Origin: Candidatus Zhuqueibacterota bacterium
GTDB lineage: Bacteria; Zhuqueibacterota; Zhuqueibacteria; Oceanimicrobiales; Oceanimicrobiaceae
DNA length: 64,000 nucleotides
Direction of reading: 5' to 3'
Assembly (NCBI GenBank): GCA_029262035.1
Contig: JAJDAE010000247.1
Coordinates: 12,517-76,516, forward strand
The position numbers were made by a program, and so were the translations under genes. The notes under the pieces were generated by a model. That model saw nothing but the letters and a program-made list of their open reading frames with translations. It was not told where the DNA came from and did not search any database. Positions 40,451 through 50,900 of the stretch are shown piece by piece. Every line of letters begins with the position of its first letter. Positions within the stretch are counted from its first letter, which is position 1.

Positions 40451-41614
40451 ATGACAGAAAAAATTAAATATATCTTCATTTTGCTGTTTTGTTTTCTTGC
40501 GTTTTTCTCCTGTAAGAAAACATTAAAAGTGGATCCAATTTATCTTACAGAAATTAGTGATGAAGATTGGCCGCTTTATGGTAACTCACCTGAAAGAAGT
40601 AATTACAGTGCGACTTCACTTAGCCCGCCTCTTAAAAATTTGTGGACATACAAGGCATCCTCTGCAATAAGCCCCGTATTAGTAGCGGCAAATGGTATCG
40701 TTTATGCTAATACGCTAGATGGTCGTCTCGATGCGATCGATATCAAAACCGGTAATCGCATTGGCCAAATTAAAACCAATGAAAGTATTGAAACGTCAAG
40801 TGCTTTTTTTGATGGAGATCTGTTTATTGTTTCCAGATTTGGTACTGAAACTTTGGCACGTATGGATCTTGAAACAGCCCGGTTTTTGTGGCGAACCAGT
40901 GCTGGAGATATTGCCACAGAACCACTAGTCGATAACTCGGGTGTTTATGTATCAGCAATTTATCGGCATATTGATAAATACGATTTAGAAACCGGTGACC
41001 AGCTATGGAGCTATAAAACCGAAGACCAATTGCATTCGTCGCCGGCACTTTCTGAAAAAACTGTTGTTGTGGGCAGCGATGATGGAACCATTTATGCCTT
41101 AAACACCCAGGACGGTACTTTAAACTGGAAAATGGATACAGACGGGGCGATATTTTCAACACCAATTATTTACGACGGGCAAATTTTTGTTGGTTCTCTG
41201 GATAGTACCTTCTATGCTATCAATTTAAATGATGGTACACTTAGTTGGAAATATAAAACGAACTATCCAATATTTCAAACCGCTGCAATTAGTCAAGGAG
41301 GAGATGTATTTTTTGGCGATAGTAACGGATCATTCTATAGCCTGAGACAAGATTCAGGAAAACTGAATTGGACATTTAGCGCATACAGCAGCATAAGCAC
41401 CTCCCCTTTGGTGGCAGGTGAGATTGTTTATTTCGGTTCCTTGGATCAGAAATTTTATGCTTTATCTGCAAATGATGGAAAAGAACTATGGAATTTCACC
41501 GCCCAGGGAAGAATTCGGACAGCGCTTGTGATTTGGAAAGATTATTTGATTGGGGCATCTGAGGATAAATACATTTTTTGTTTTAAACCTGAAAAAGAGA
41601 TGGTTATTAAGTGA
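40451..41614 (+). CDS. PQQ-repeat beta-propeller lipoprotein, BamB-like
   Basis: Lipoprotein signal ...FLAFFSC. There are repeated PQQ-type blades: GTIYALNTQDGTLNWK, TFYAINLNDGTLSWKY, SFYSLRQDSGKLNWTF and KFYALSANDGKELWNF. Its start overlaps the end of paralog B. Confidence 0.6.
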   Translation: MTEKIKYIFILLFCFLAFFSCKKTLKVDPIYLTEISDEDWPLYGNSPERSNYSATSLSPPLKNLWTYKASSAISPVLVAANGIVYANTLDGRLDAIDIKTGNRIGQIKTNESIETSSAFFDGDLFIVSRFGTETLARMDLETARFLWRTSAGDIATEPLVDNSGVYVSAIYRHIDKYDLETGDQLWSYKTEDQLHSSPALSEKTVVVGSDDGTIYALNTQDGTLNWKMDTDGAIFSTPIIYDGQIFVGSLDSTFYAINLNDGTLSWKYKTNYPIFQTAAISQGGDVFFGDSNGSFYSLRQDSGKLNWTFSAYSSISTSPLVAGEIVYFGSLDQKFYALSANDGKELWNFTAQGRIRTALVIWKDYLIGASEDKYIFCFKPEKEMVIK

Positions 41615-42435
41615 GTAGATCAGTTTCTTATAAATTTTCGATAGTATTAATTTTACTCTGTTTTTTTAATCTTGTCGTTTTTTCAGAACTTTCGATTGCC
41701 TCTGGAATAGATGACGTTGGGTATTTAAAAATTAATGCAAAACATAAAGGTCTGGAAGTTAAACTGGATGGTAAGACTATTGGATACACGCCACTTAATA
41801 TTTTAGCAGTTCCGGTTGGAACCCATGCGATTAGTGTTGCTCATTTTGACAAGAATAATTGGTTGGGGAAAACCTGGCTCAATGAAGTAATGATTGCAGA
41901 TGGAGATACAACATTTCTTCAGGTAAATTTCAAAAAAAGTCTCTCGGTTAACTCTTCACCATACGAAGCGGAGGTTTTTATTGAAAATCGGTTTGTCGGA
42001 GAAACTCCATTCTTTTTTGAGATGGATGAAGGCGAAAGTACGAGCATCACATTAAAAAAGAGAAGTTATAAGGATACCACTTTTACCATAAATGCTACGG
42101 ATTTTGAAAAAATTAATGTTCAACTAAATGAAGTAACTAAAACTAAAAACATGATTCTTCGCGATAGATTTGAGGTTGCGAAAGTCAAGACTAATAAAAA
42201 TAGATTTTTGTGGACACTTGGTGCATCCGTTTTGTCCGGAGCATTAACGTTGTATTTCCGTACCAAGGCAGATGATAAATATAACCGCTATCGCAAAACA
42301 GGAAACCCGGATTCATTTAACGGTCTTTACGACGATGCTAAGAAATTGGATAAATTTGCCGCAGTTTCATACGGAACTTTCCAGGTGAGTTTTGTTTTCT
42401 CTTTTTACTTTTTCTTTGCTTATAAAAATCAATAG
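41611..42435 (+). CDS. PEGA-domain protein with a C-terminal TM anchor
   Basis: Two PEGA-like units: GLEVKLDGKTIGYTPLNILAVPVGTHAISV and EVFIENRFVGETPFFFEMDEGESTSITLKK. C-terminal TM helix. 4-nt overlap with the BamB-like gene. Confidence 0.45.
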   Translation: MSRSVSYKFSIVLILLCFFNLVVFSELSIASGIDDVGYLKINAKHKGLEVKLDGKTIGYTPLNILAVPVGTHAISVAHFDKNNWLGKTWLNEVMIADGDTTFLQVNFKKSLSVNSSPYEAEVFIENRFVGETPFFFEMDEGESTSITLKKRSYKDTTFTINATDFEKINVQLNEVTKTKNMILRDRFEVAKVKTNKNRFLWTLGASVLSGALTLYFRTKADDKYNRYRKTGNPDSFNGLYDDAKKLDKFAAVSYGTFQVSFVFSFYFFFAYKNQ

Positions 42436-42612
42436 TTGTCTCCCAAACAAATATTGTTTTAATGGAATACATCCCTTTTGAGATAGTATTTTTATCGGAA
42501 GTAGGTTGAAAAAAATACTGTTTTATCTCAGGTTATTTGGAACAAGTTGTTTCGGCAAAGTGTCTATAAATAAGGATTTTAACTCACTAATAAAGGCAAT
42601 ACATAGGAAATT

Positions 42613-44397
42613 ATGAAAATAACTATATTAATCATTTTGGTAATAAGTTCATTTGTTGTGGGAGTCTCCCAGGCGGATGACAGTTCAGCTGAGTGGGTAT
42701 ACGGCGCTGTTTGGTATAAAATATTGCCCGAACGTTTCCGGAATATAAATCCTGCAAACGACCCGGTTAAAAAAAATGTCGTTGAAGATGCGGATTATGA
42801 TTGGCAGGTTCACCCCTGGGCTTCCGATTGGTATAAACTGCAAGTCTGGGAAAAAGAACGTAACCTATCATTTCCTGAAGTAGTTTCTGACCGAAGATAC
42901 GGCGGTGATTTGATCGGGGTTATTGAAAAACTCCCTTATTTGCACGCACTCGGTGTTAACGCGATTTATCTCACTCCGGTGTTTGAGTCACCCTCTATTG
43001 AAAAATACGATGCCTCCAGTTTTCACCACATTGACGATAATTTTGGAATTGACAGGGCAGAAGACCGCAAAAAAATAATTGCTGAAAATGAAGATCCTGC
43101 TAACTGGACCATGGCTAAATCTGATGAAATTTTTTTCGAATTATTGCAACAGGCGCATTTACTTAAAATGAAAGTTATACTTGAGGCTTCCTTCTCTTAT
43201 TGTGGAGAGGACTTTTTTGCGTTCAAAGATTTGAAGAACAAGCAGAAGAAATCTAAGTATAAAGATTGGTTTGATGTAGTTGCCTGGGATGACCCAATGA
43301 CTCCCGATACGGTAGAATTTAGCTATAAATTCTGGCAAGGAGATCGTCAGAGGCCGCTTTTTAAAACGACACCCGAAGGTGCATTGACGCCACCTGTTGC
43401 CAAATATGTTTTTGATGTGACTACTCGCTGGATGGATCCTGATTCCGATAAAGTAACAACAGACGGTATAGATGGTTGGTCAATAAAAGATAGTGATGCA
43501 CTGTCTGATAAATTCTGGCGTGAATGGAACGCTCATGTTCGGAAGCTGAATAGAAAAGCTATCACTATTTCTGACAAGACCGACAAGACTGACTTCACAG
43601 TTGAAGCCAGTAAGAAATTGTCCAAAAATATTTTACGCTTTTGGGCTAAGCCGGAAAAAGAGAATCTTGAAGAATTTACTGCGAGCTTAAAAAAAATACG
43701 GGATGAAAGATCCGAATCGAAAAATAGATCCGCGTTTATTCAGTTAAGCGACATTCAGTCCGTCAGATTTCCTTCTGCCATTGTGAATGCCGATAAATTG
43801 AAAATAGCAAATGGTGTTGATGTTTTTGAAAGCTCTGGATTTTCTCCATTAAAACCTGATTCTACCCAGCATAAAATTCAGAAACTGATGGTTGTTTTTC
43901 AACTAACCTATCTCGGTGCTCCATTCATTCTTTATGGGGATGAAAGTGGCATGTGGGGAGCTGGTTATCCGGATAATCTGAAACCAATGCTTTGGAACGA
44001 ATTTATTTATGAGAGGGAATCTTATAAAACCGAGATGACTGATTTAGGCGAAATTGCAAATACTACCGAAAATCAATTGGATCGAAGTATCTTAGATATC
44101 TATATTAAACTAAATGATCTACGCAAAGAAACTGATGTGCTTGTAAAAGGCGAATACGAATTGAATTTTCTGGATGCGGAGACTGGTGCTTTGGTATATT
44201 CCAGAAAACACAAAGGCTCAGATTTATATGTTTTTATGAATTTAGGGGACGAAAAACAAGAAATTGTCTATCAGCCCGGATGGAAGAAAAATCAAAAAGT
44301 TAAGGATGTATTGAGCTTTAAAACATTTAAAATAGATAAATTTAAACTGAAGCTGGAGTTGGAGCCAAAAAGTTTTCGTGTTTTATTAAAAGAGTGA
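42613..44397 (+). CDS. secreted GH13 (alpha-amylase)-fold protein with a substituted catalytic constellation (probably non-hydrolytic)
   Basis: Signal peptide. GH13 N-terminal hallmarks are WYKILPERFRN and GGDLIGVIEKLPYLHALGVNAIYLTPVF. Region I reads ILEASFSY (expected DxVxNH). Region II reads DGIDGWSIKD (expected GFRxDAA). The expected NHD position is degenerate. Confidence 0.55.
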   Translation: MKITILIILVISSFVVGVSQADDSSAEWVYGAVWYKILPERFRNINPANDPVKKNVVEDADYDWQVHPWASDWYKLQVWEKERNLSFPEVVSDRRYGGDLIGVIEKLPYLHALGVNAIYLTPVFESPSIEKYDASSFHHIDDNFGIDRAEDRKKIIAENEDPANWTMAKSDEIFFELLQQAHLLKMKVILEASFSYCGEDFFAFKDLKNKQKKSKYKDWFDVVAWDDPMTPDTVEFSYKFWQGDRQRPLFKTTPEGALTPPVAKYVFDVTTRWMDPDSDKVTTDGIDGWSIKDSDALSDKFWREWNAHVRKLNRKAITISDKTDKTDFTVEASKKLSKNILRFWAKPEKENLEEFTASLKKIRDERSESKNRSAFIQLSDIQSVRFPSAIVNADKLKIANGVDVFESSGFSPLKPDSTQHKIQKLMVVFQLTYLGAPFILYGDESGMWGAGYPDNLKPMLWNEFIYERESYKTEMTDLGEIANTTENQLDRSILDIYIKLNDLRKETDVLVKGEYELNFLDAETGALVYSRKHKGSDLYVFMNLGDEKQEIVYQPGWKKNQKVKDVLSFKTFKIDKFKLKLELEPKSFRVLLKE

Positions 44398-44400
44398 TGA

Positions 44401-45168
44401 ATGATAAAGTTTTCGAATCTGAGTAAAGATTATGATGGAAAATTGGCAGTTGATAATATTTCGCTTGAAATTTCAGCCGGAGAGATTTTTGGTTTTTTAG
44501 GACCTAATGGCGCTGGAAAAACCACCACGGTTAAAATGCTGACAGGCATGATGAAGCCTTCTTCAGGCACGGCCACCATTGGTGATTTCGACCTTGTCTC
44601 ACAATCTCAGGAAGTAAAAAAAATAATTGGCTATGTGCCGGAATCTGGTGCTTTATTTGAGTCTTTGACCGCTCTGGAATTCTTGGAGCTAATGGCAGAA
44701 TTGCACCATATGGAGCGTTCCCAGGCACAACGACGAATGAATGAATTTCTAAATCTTTTTGGTCTTGCTGATAATAAAGATCAGCTGATTAGCCAATTTT
44801 CCAAAGGTATGAAGCAGAAAGTCCTCCTGATTTCCGCACTATTGCACAAGCCGGAAGTTCTATTTCTTGATGAACCCCTAAATGGGCTCGATGCAAATAC
44901 GGCGCTCGTTTTTAAACAACTTTTAAAAAGAATGGCTGAGCAGGGCAAAACCATTTTGTTTTGTTCTCATATTCTTGAGGTTGTTGAGCGAATTTGCAGC
45001 AAAATTGCCCTTATAAATGATGGCAGTATTATCTCGGTTGGAACACCTGGCGAAATTATTCAACAATCGGGAGAAGCCACACTTGAACATGCATTTAGCA
45101 AGCTTACAGGAAATGCCGCGCATGAGAGTCAGTCGGTAGAACTTCTTCAAGCACTCGACAGCATTTAA
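44401..45168 (+). CDS. ABC transporter ATP-binding protein
   Basis: Walker A GPNGAGKTT, signature FSKGMKQKV, Walker B LLFLDEPLNGLD. 4 nt after the GH13-like gene. Confidence 0.85.
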   Translation: MIKFSNLSKDYDGKLAVDNISLEISAGEIFGFLGPNGAGKTTTVKMLTGMMKPSSGTATIGDFDLVSQSQEVKKIIGYVPESGALFESLTALEFLELMAELHHMERSQAQRRMNEFLNLFGLADNKDQLISQFSKGMKQKVLLISALLHKPEVLFLDEPLNGLDANTALVFKQLLKRMAEQGKTILFCSHILEVVERICSKIALINDGSIISVGTPGEIIQQSGEATLEHAFSKLTGNAAHESQSVELLQALDSI

Positions 45169-45208
45169 GCTGGTAACTCAGAATAGCCGACAAAACTAAT
45201 CCCCGCTA

Positions 45209-46843
45209 ATGGTAGAATCTCTTTTTAAAGCTTTAGATGTAGATTTACGTCAATGGTTTGCTCTAACCGGAATTTTTATTAAGAAGGAAATTCGACAGTC
45301 TTCTGTTTCCGTTTTTCGAAGCAAAAATACCGGGAATCGTTCTTTTTATACCCTTCTTTTCTTCTATTTTTTGACCGGGCTGGTCTTTGTCCCGATCACT
45401 GTTTCCAATCCCAATTTATTTATGCCGATTACACTCTTAATCACTTATACCATGTTTATGATTGGCAGCCTGATTTTGGTTGAATACCATAACATCATTT
45501 TAGCCCCGGAAGATTATGTGATTCTGGCCCATAAACCGATTTCATCCAGAACATTTTATTTTGTTAAGCTTGCTTGTCTGATATTTTATGTCATGTTGTT
45601 TTCCTGCATTCTGTCAGTACCTTCATTTGTAGCGCTAATTTTCAATGGAGAGGTTGAGCTTTTTTTGATTTTCATGGCATTTGTCGGGTTAATCTTCGCT
45701 AATGCAGCAGTCTCTCTGGCAATTGTTTTGATGTATACATTTATTTTGAGCAAAGTCAGTTTTAATCGAATGCAAAACATTCTGGCTTTTTTCCAGATTG
45801 GATTGGCGTTTTTAGTTTACAGCAGTTTTTTTATTCTTCCAAAAATCATGGAAATCAGCACAGTTTTTAATTTAACGTTGATGGACATGCCGTTTCTTGT
45901 TTTGTTACCCGCAACGTGGTTTAGCAGTTATGTTATGATTGCCTCCGCAAATGCAAATTTAATATACTGGCTCCTGGCCTTATTGTCCTTATGTGTTTTT
46001 ATTGTGCTTATTATTTTTACCGTATCAAAACTTAGTTTGAATTATGCCGAAAAGCTTATCTCTTTGAGTTCCTACAAAATCCAAAGGAAAAAAGTAAAAA
46101 GTCGCTTCGATCGTATTTTCTACTTTTTTGCAACTGCCCATGAGGAGAGGGTTGTGGCTCGATTGATCATCAATCAGTTTTTGTATGATAATAAATTCAA
46201 GCTGGCTGTTTTGGGAATTTTACCCTTGACTATGTTTTACTTGTTTCGAGGGATTCAAGATGGTGCTTTGGCCGATCCATTCGTAACTTATAAAGTAGAT
46301 TTGGGGAAGACAGGGCTACTCTATTTGTTGATTTTTCTTTTCCCGATGATGTTGCGTACTTATGTAACCCAGAGTGATAATTATCAAGCCTCCTGGGTAT
46401 TTTATGTCACACCCACAAAGTTCTGGCGATTAATTTATGCAGAAAAGAACTTTCTAATGGTGTTTTTTGTACTTCCATTCTTATTTCTTTTGGGTATAAT
46501 ATTTTATTATTATTTTCAAAATTTTTTACACGTTTTACTTCATATTTTTTTCCTGGGCATTCTTGCACACTTATTTTTACAGTTTGCTTTTCTTTATTCG
46601 CCGGACTTGCCATTTTCCAGACCCAATATTCGGGGGCAGCGCTCCCGGCACTTGGCTTTATTGCTCTTGTTGGTTCCTTTTTTACTATATTTCAGCCTGC
46701 CTTTAATTTTTCAATACATTTATCCCGTTGCGTTCAACTACGCAATGTTGATGATAATGCTCCTGGGTGTAACAGTCGTTTTGGAAAATCTAATTAAAGT
46801 ACGTGTCAAAATTCACTTAGGGCGAACAGAATTTCCTGCTTAA
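45209..46843 (+). CDS. ABC-exporter-type polytopic permease (about 12 TM)
   Basis: 544-aa highly hydrophobic protein immediately downstream of the ABC ATPase. No catalytic motifs. Confidence 0.55.
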   Translation: MVESLFKALDVDLRQWFALTGIFIKKEIRQSSVSVFRSKNTGNRSFYTLLFFYFLTGLVFVPITVSNPNLFMPITLLITYTMFMIGSLILVEYHNIILAPEDYVILAHKPISSRTFYFVKLACLIFYVMLFSCILSVPSFVALIFNGEVELFLIFMAFVGLIFANAAVSLAIVLMYTFILSKVSFNRMQNILAFFQIGLAFLVYSSFFILPKIMEISTVFNLTLMDMPFLVLLPATWFSSYVMIASANANLIYWLLALLSLCVFIVLIIFTVSKLSLNYAEKLISLSSYKIQRKKVKSRFDRIFYFFATAHEERVVARLIINQFLYDNKFKLAVLGILPLTMFYLFRGIQDGALADPFVTYKVDLGKTGLLYLLIFLFPMMLRTYVTQSDNYQASWVFYVTPTKFWRLIYAEKNFLMVFFVLPFLFLLGIIFYYYFQNFLHVLLHIFFLGILAHLFLQFAFLYSPDLPFSRPNIRGQRSRHLALLLLLVPFLLYFSLPLIFQYIYPVAFNYAMLMIMLLGVTVVLENLIKVRVKIHLGRTEFPA

Positions 46844-47118
46844 AAAGTCCGGGAATCCACAATTTTTTGAATCCGATCCGCTGTTTCATTTTGTGATAAA
46901 TATAAAAGTTTTGATAAAACTCTCCGCATTTTGGTTGCATGTCATTAAAATTAATATGGGATGCAAAAGATGTTTTAGATGTAAAAAAGCTATGCCGGTA
47001 CTTAATTTAAACAATCAGCTTCTTCCCTCATACGGGAATTGGCAAATAATCTGCTTTGAGCAAAGTCAAATTTGAGGACAAGTCATATGAAAGTCCAGCC
47101 TAATTTGATGAGGAAGTA

Positions 47119-47955
47119 ATGAAAAGATTATTCATTTTCATAATGTTACTTACGTGCGCACTATCTCCAAATGATTCCTTTGGTCAAAAGGATGCTGAGA
47201 GGTACTCTCTTGCTGTTCTTAATTTTAAAATGGATGGCAGCTCACTTTATTATTCTGATGTAAGATTCATTACTGGAGAATTCATTAACGAATTGGTTCA
47301 AGCAAAACTGTTTCATACGATGTCACAAATGGATATGGAGCGTGGATTAATTAATAAAAATATCGATCCCAATGCTAATTGCAATGAAATAAAGTGTGCA
47401 TTAAAAGCCGCTGCCGCTCTCGGCGTGCAGTTGGTAATTATTGGCTCCCTGATTGAGGAAGATAACAAGTTTAAGCTTGAAGTGAAAATGCTGCATGTTG
47501 TAAGTCAGAAAGTTGTAAAAATCCAAAACGCAGAGTTTGATAACAACTTGAGCCGGATTTATTACAACCTGCCTGGGTTTGCCAGTGATTTTTTGGGAAT
47601 TCCCAGAAAAGATGAAGTCAGGCAGGAAGAACAAACGCTACCTGTTGAAAAAAAAGCCGTGGAACCTGATGAAAAGTATGAACTGCCGTACACTGATTTT
47701 AATTTTGTAGAAGAAGATACAACTGAAGCCTTTGAGCCAGGCGAAATTTATCCCTCGCCCAATGACACTGAGGTTATTGATACGGGCGCTATTTATTACC
47801 CCGAAGAGAGTAAGCTGAAAAAGGTACTTTATTGGGGACTTGGTGCGGTGGCAATAGGAGGGTTTAGCGCCAGTATTATTATGCTTAGCGGCGATGATTC
47901 AGGTGGAGGGGGCAACCCGTCAAATGATTTACCAGATCCCCCGGTTTTTCCATGA
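47119..47955 (+). CDS. lipoprotein with a Gly-rich C-terminal tail
   Basis: Lipobox LLTC. C-terminus SGDDSGGGGNPSNDLPDPPVFP. Ends 14 nt upstream of the giant T9SS gene. Confidence 0.4.
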   Translation: MKRLFIFIMLLTCALSPNDSFGQKDAERYSLAVLNFKMDGSSLYYSDVRFITGEFINELVQAKLFHTMSQMDMERGLINKNIDPNANCNEIKCALKAAAALGVQLVIIGSLIEEDNKFKLEVKMLHVVSQKVVKIQNAEFDNNLSRIYYNLPGFASDFLGIPRKDEVRQEEQTLPVEKKAVEPDEKYELPYTDFNFVEEDTTEAFEPGEIYPSPNDTEVIDTGAIYYPEESKLKKVLYWGLGAVAIGGFSASIIMLSGDDSGGGGNPSNDLPDPPVFP

Positions 47956-47968
47956 TGGATAAGGTTTT

Positions 47969-50900
47969 GTGATGCGATATTTAAAACTACATTTTATATT
48001 TATTTTTTGTTTGGGTGCTGTTTCTCTCGCGAATGCCCAAACACCTCCCAAGTTAGTTGATATAAACTTAGTACTGAACAACAATTCCAATCCACCAACT
48101 GTGGGTTTAAATGAAGATGTGAAAATCGAACTGATTTTTGATTCTGCCATGGATCCCACAGTAACGCCGGGCATTCAATTTGGATTGAGTGAATCAAATT
48201 TATTAGATCTTAATTTCAGCAATACTGTGTGGAGTGGCCAGGTCTGGCAGGGCACATTTACTGTGACAAAAAATTTGCCTTCAACTCCCGACGGAGAATA
48301 TATATTTGAGATATTTGGCGCCAGAAATACAATAGGCATTGAAATGGGTACCACCAGCAGTTTGGGAATTGGTGCTCAAGATAGCACACTTTTTATTTGC
48401 CGGTCAGGTAGTCTTGAGCTTGATACCAGCTCACTAAGTTTTGATACTTTGGCATTTGGAAAAGATCAGGTTCTCTCATTTACTGTTTCAAATGTAAGCT
48501 GTGAAATACTAAGAGTAAATTCAATCATAGTGCCAAGCCCGTTTGTTTTATTCCAAAGCCCTGGGCAATTTCAATTGCCTTCAGGTACTAATATTTCGGT
48601 TTCAATAAAATATGAACCACTTTCTAGAACGAAACATACCGGAACCATAATTATTAACAGCGACGATATTTACCAGAACGCTCATTTCCTTGAAGTTACC
48701 GGTGCCGCAGCAGGGCCTCAAATTAGAGTTGTTCCTGATTTTCCCTTGGAATTTGGAACACTGGAAATTGGTGAGGATAGCACCCAGTCAATTTATGTCA
48801 TTAATGAGAAAGCGCCACAACCGGCCTTTAGCGCTCCGCTTGAGGTAAATAATATTTTGATTAATACAGATGCTTATAAGGTTGATACGACTCAGTTTGT
48901 AGTACAACCGGGTGACTCTCAAGAAATTAAAATTACCTTCGCGCCTATAGCACGCGGTCTGTTTAACAACTCGTTGCAGATAAGCAATAATGATTTGCAA
49001 AGCCAAGTGGCAGTAGTTTTTCTGAAGGGCAGAGGGGGCGATGATTCAATTCCTCAAAAACCGGTAAACCTGGCTATAAAATACGGTACGTTCGAGCGAT
49101 TTGTGAATGAGCCTGAGTTTGAAGTCTGCTGGGAAAATCCTGAAGACCCTGTTGGAATTACTGAGCTTTGGTGGAAGTTCTCGCAAGAAAGAAATCCACC
49201 GGTGAGCGCAACGGATACGACGCAATCGGGTGGTAGGTTTATTTTTGGTGATGAAACTTGTGCTACTTTGCAGCTCGCCGGCAATGTTACACCGGGACTT
49301 TGGCGTATTTATTTTTGGCTCGTGGATGCAGAACAAAATTCAGGCTATGAAAATTACACGACCCGCGTTGTTTATTATGACCCGACAGCACCCGTTGCGC
49401 CGCCTGTTATTGGCCGTTCCATACCTGGAGAACAATGGTTTGGGTCCGGCGATGACTTTGAAATAACTATCCAAATTCCAGGCGATCCTGTAACCGGCCA
49501 TAAAGATGCAAACCAGGTTCGCTGGAAATATAAAACTGAACCAGGTTTTAGCCGCGACTTTAATGACAGATATTTTTTTAATGAAGGTGATGGCGCTGAA
49601 GTGACTTTTTCTGTTCCGTTTAATTTGACTTCATTATGCGGTGAAGATAATTTATACATTTGGCTTGCCGATTCAGCCGGAAATGTAGACTTTCAAGCCA
49701 CAACAGCAGTACCCTATCGATTTGATATTTGTTCCGGCTTTGTCACTGATTTTGAAGTAACCTGGCCCAATTTTAGTGGGCATACAAACCAGAATACGCT
49801 TCCAATATGTTGGACGCCGGCACCAGGTGCAGAGGAAATTAGTGAAATCTGGTGGAAGTACACACAAACGCCCACACCGCCGCAAAATAATAGTGATACA
49901 ACAGCAATCGGTGGTAGAATTGTTCTTGATGAAAGTGTTTCATGCGTCAATCTTCCTTTGACGGGAAGCATTAGTTCAGGGCAATGGTACGCTTACGTTT
50001 GGGCGGTGCTTGCAAATGGTAGTCGGGCAAGTTTCGCCGACCCGATTTCTGTAAATTTTATTTACGATTTGAAGCCACCCGCTGCCCCGCAAATTTCGAG
50101 CAACACGATTCCGGATACGGCATGGATAGCCAACGCAGATACGTTTGAAATTACAGTAACTCTGCCTGTTGAGCCGGATAAAACAACCAGCGATGTATCC
50201 GAGCTGCGGTGGAAGTTCAAATCGCCCCCGGTAACAGATGATGATTACGTGAGTAGGCACATTTTTAACGGTGGTTCAACACTTTTGCGAACAGCACCCA
50301 TTCCTTTTGATTCGCCTGAGTTTTGTGGGGATGATTTGCTATACATCTGGTTTGCCGACTCTGCCGGAAATTCAAGCTTGAGTAATATAACCGGGGTTAG
50401 ATATCGATTTGATATTTGTTCGCCTGAGATAACACCCGTAATTGCAAAATCCAATCAGATTGTTCTTTTAGGTGAAGCATTTAGTGATACGGTAATTGTG
50501 GGAGATATTGCAGGTCTTGATTCGGTTTGGGCCGAATACCGTATAGGCGGTTCGTCAAATAGCAGTCAACTCTTGCTAACCGAAATTCCGGGTACCGACC
50601 GGTTTACATTTGAAATATCGCCAGACCTGTTAGGTAAACGTGGCTTAGAGTATCGCATTTTGGCTAAAGATGCCCGCGGGAATGTTGGCTCTGGCCCTCT
50701 TGTGGGTAATAGCTGCAGTTCAGGAGATATCTGGATTTCAGTACAAACACGTATCGAGGGAGATGGCGATTTTCGTGTGGATAGCGATGGCTTGCCGGTA
50801 CCACTGCTGGCCGGCGACGAGCAGTCATTCTATCAATTATTTTCCGTGCCTTATGAAGTCGAACAAAATGATATTCTCTCTGTTTTCCAGGATGACCTTG

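Noticed and set aside
46893-47075. 60-aa ORF with CKRCFRCKK (CxxCxxC) between the ABC permease and the lipoprotein gene
   Set aside because: It has a TTG/ATT-type start and an AT-rich spacer. Its sequence is consistent with a promoter region for the 47119 gene, with no supporting context.
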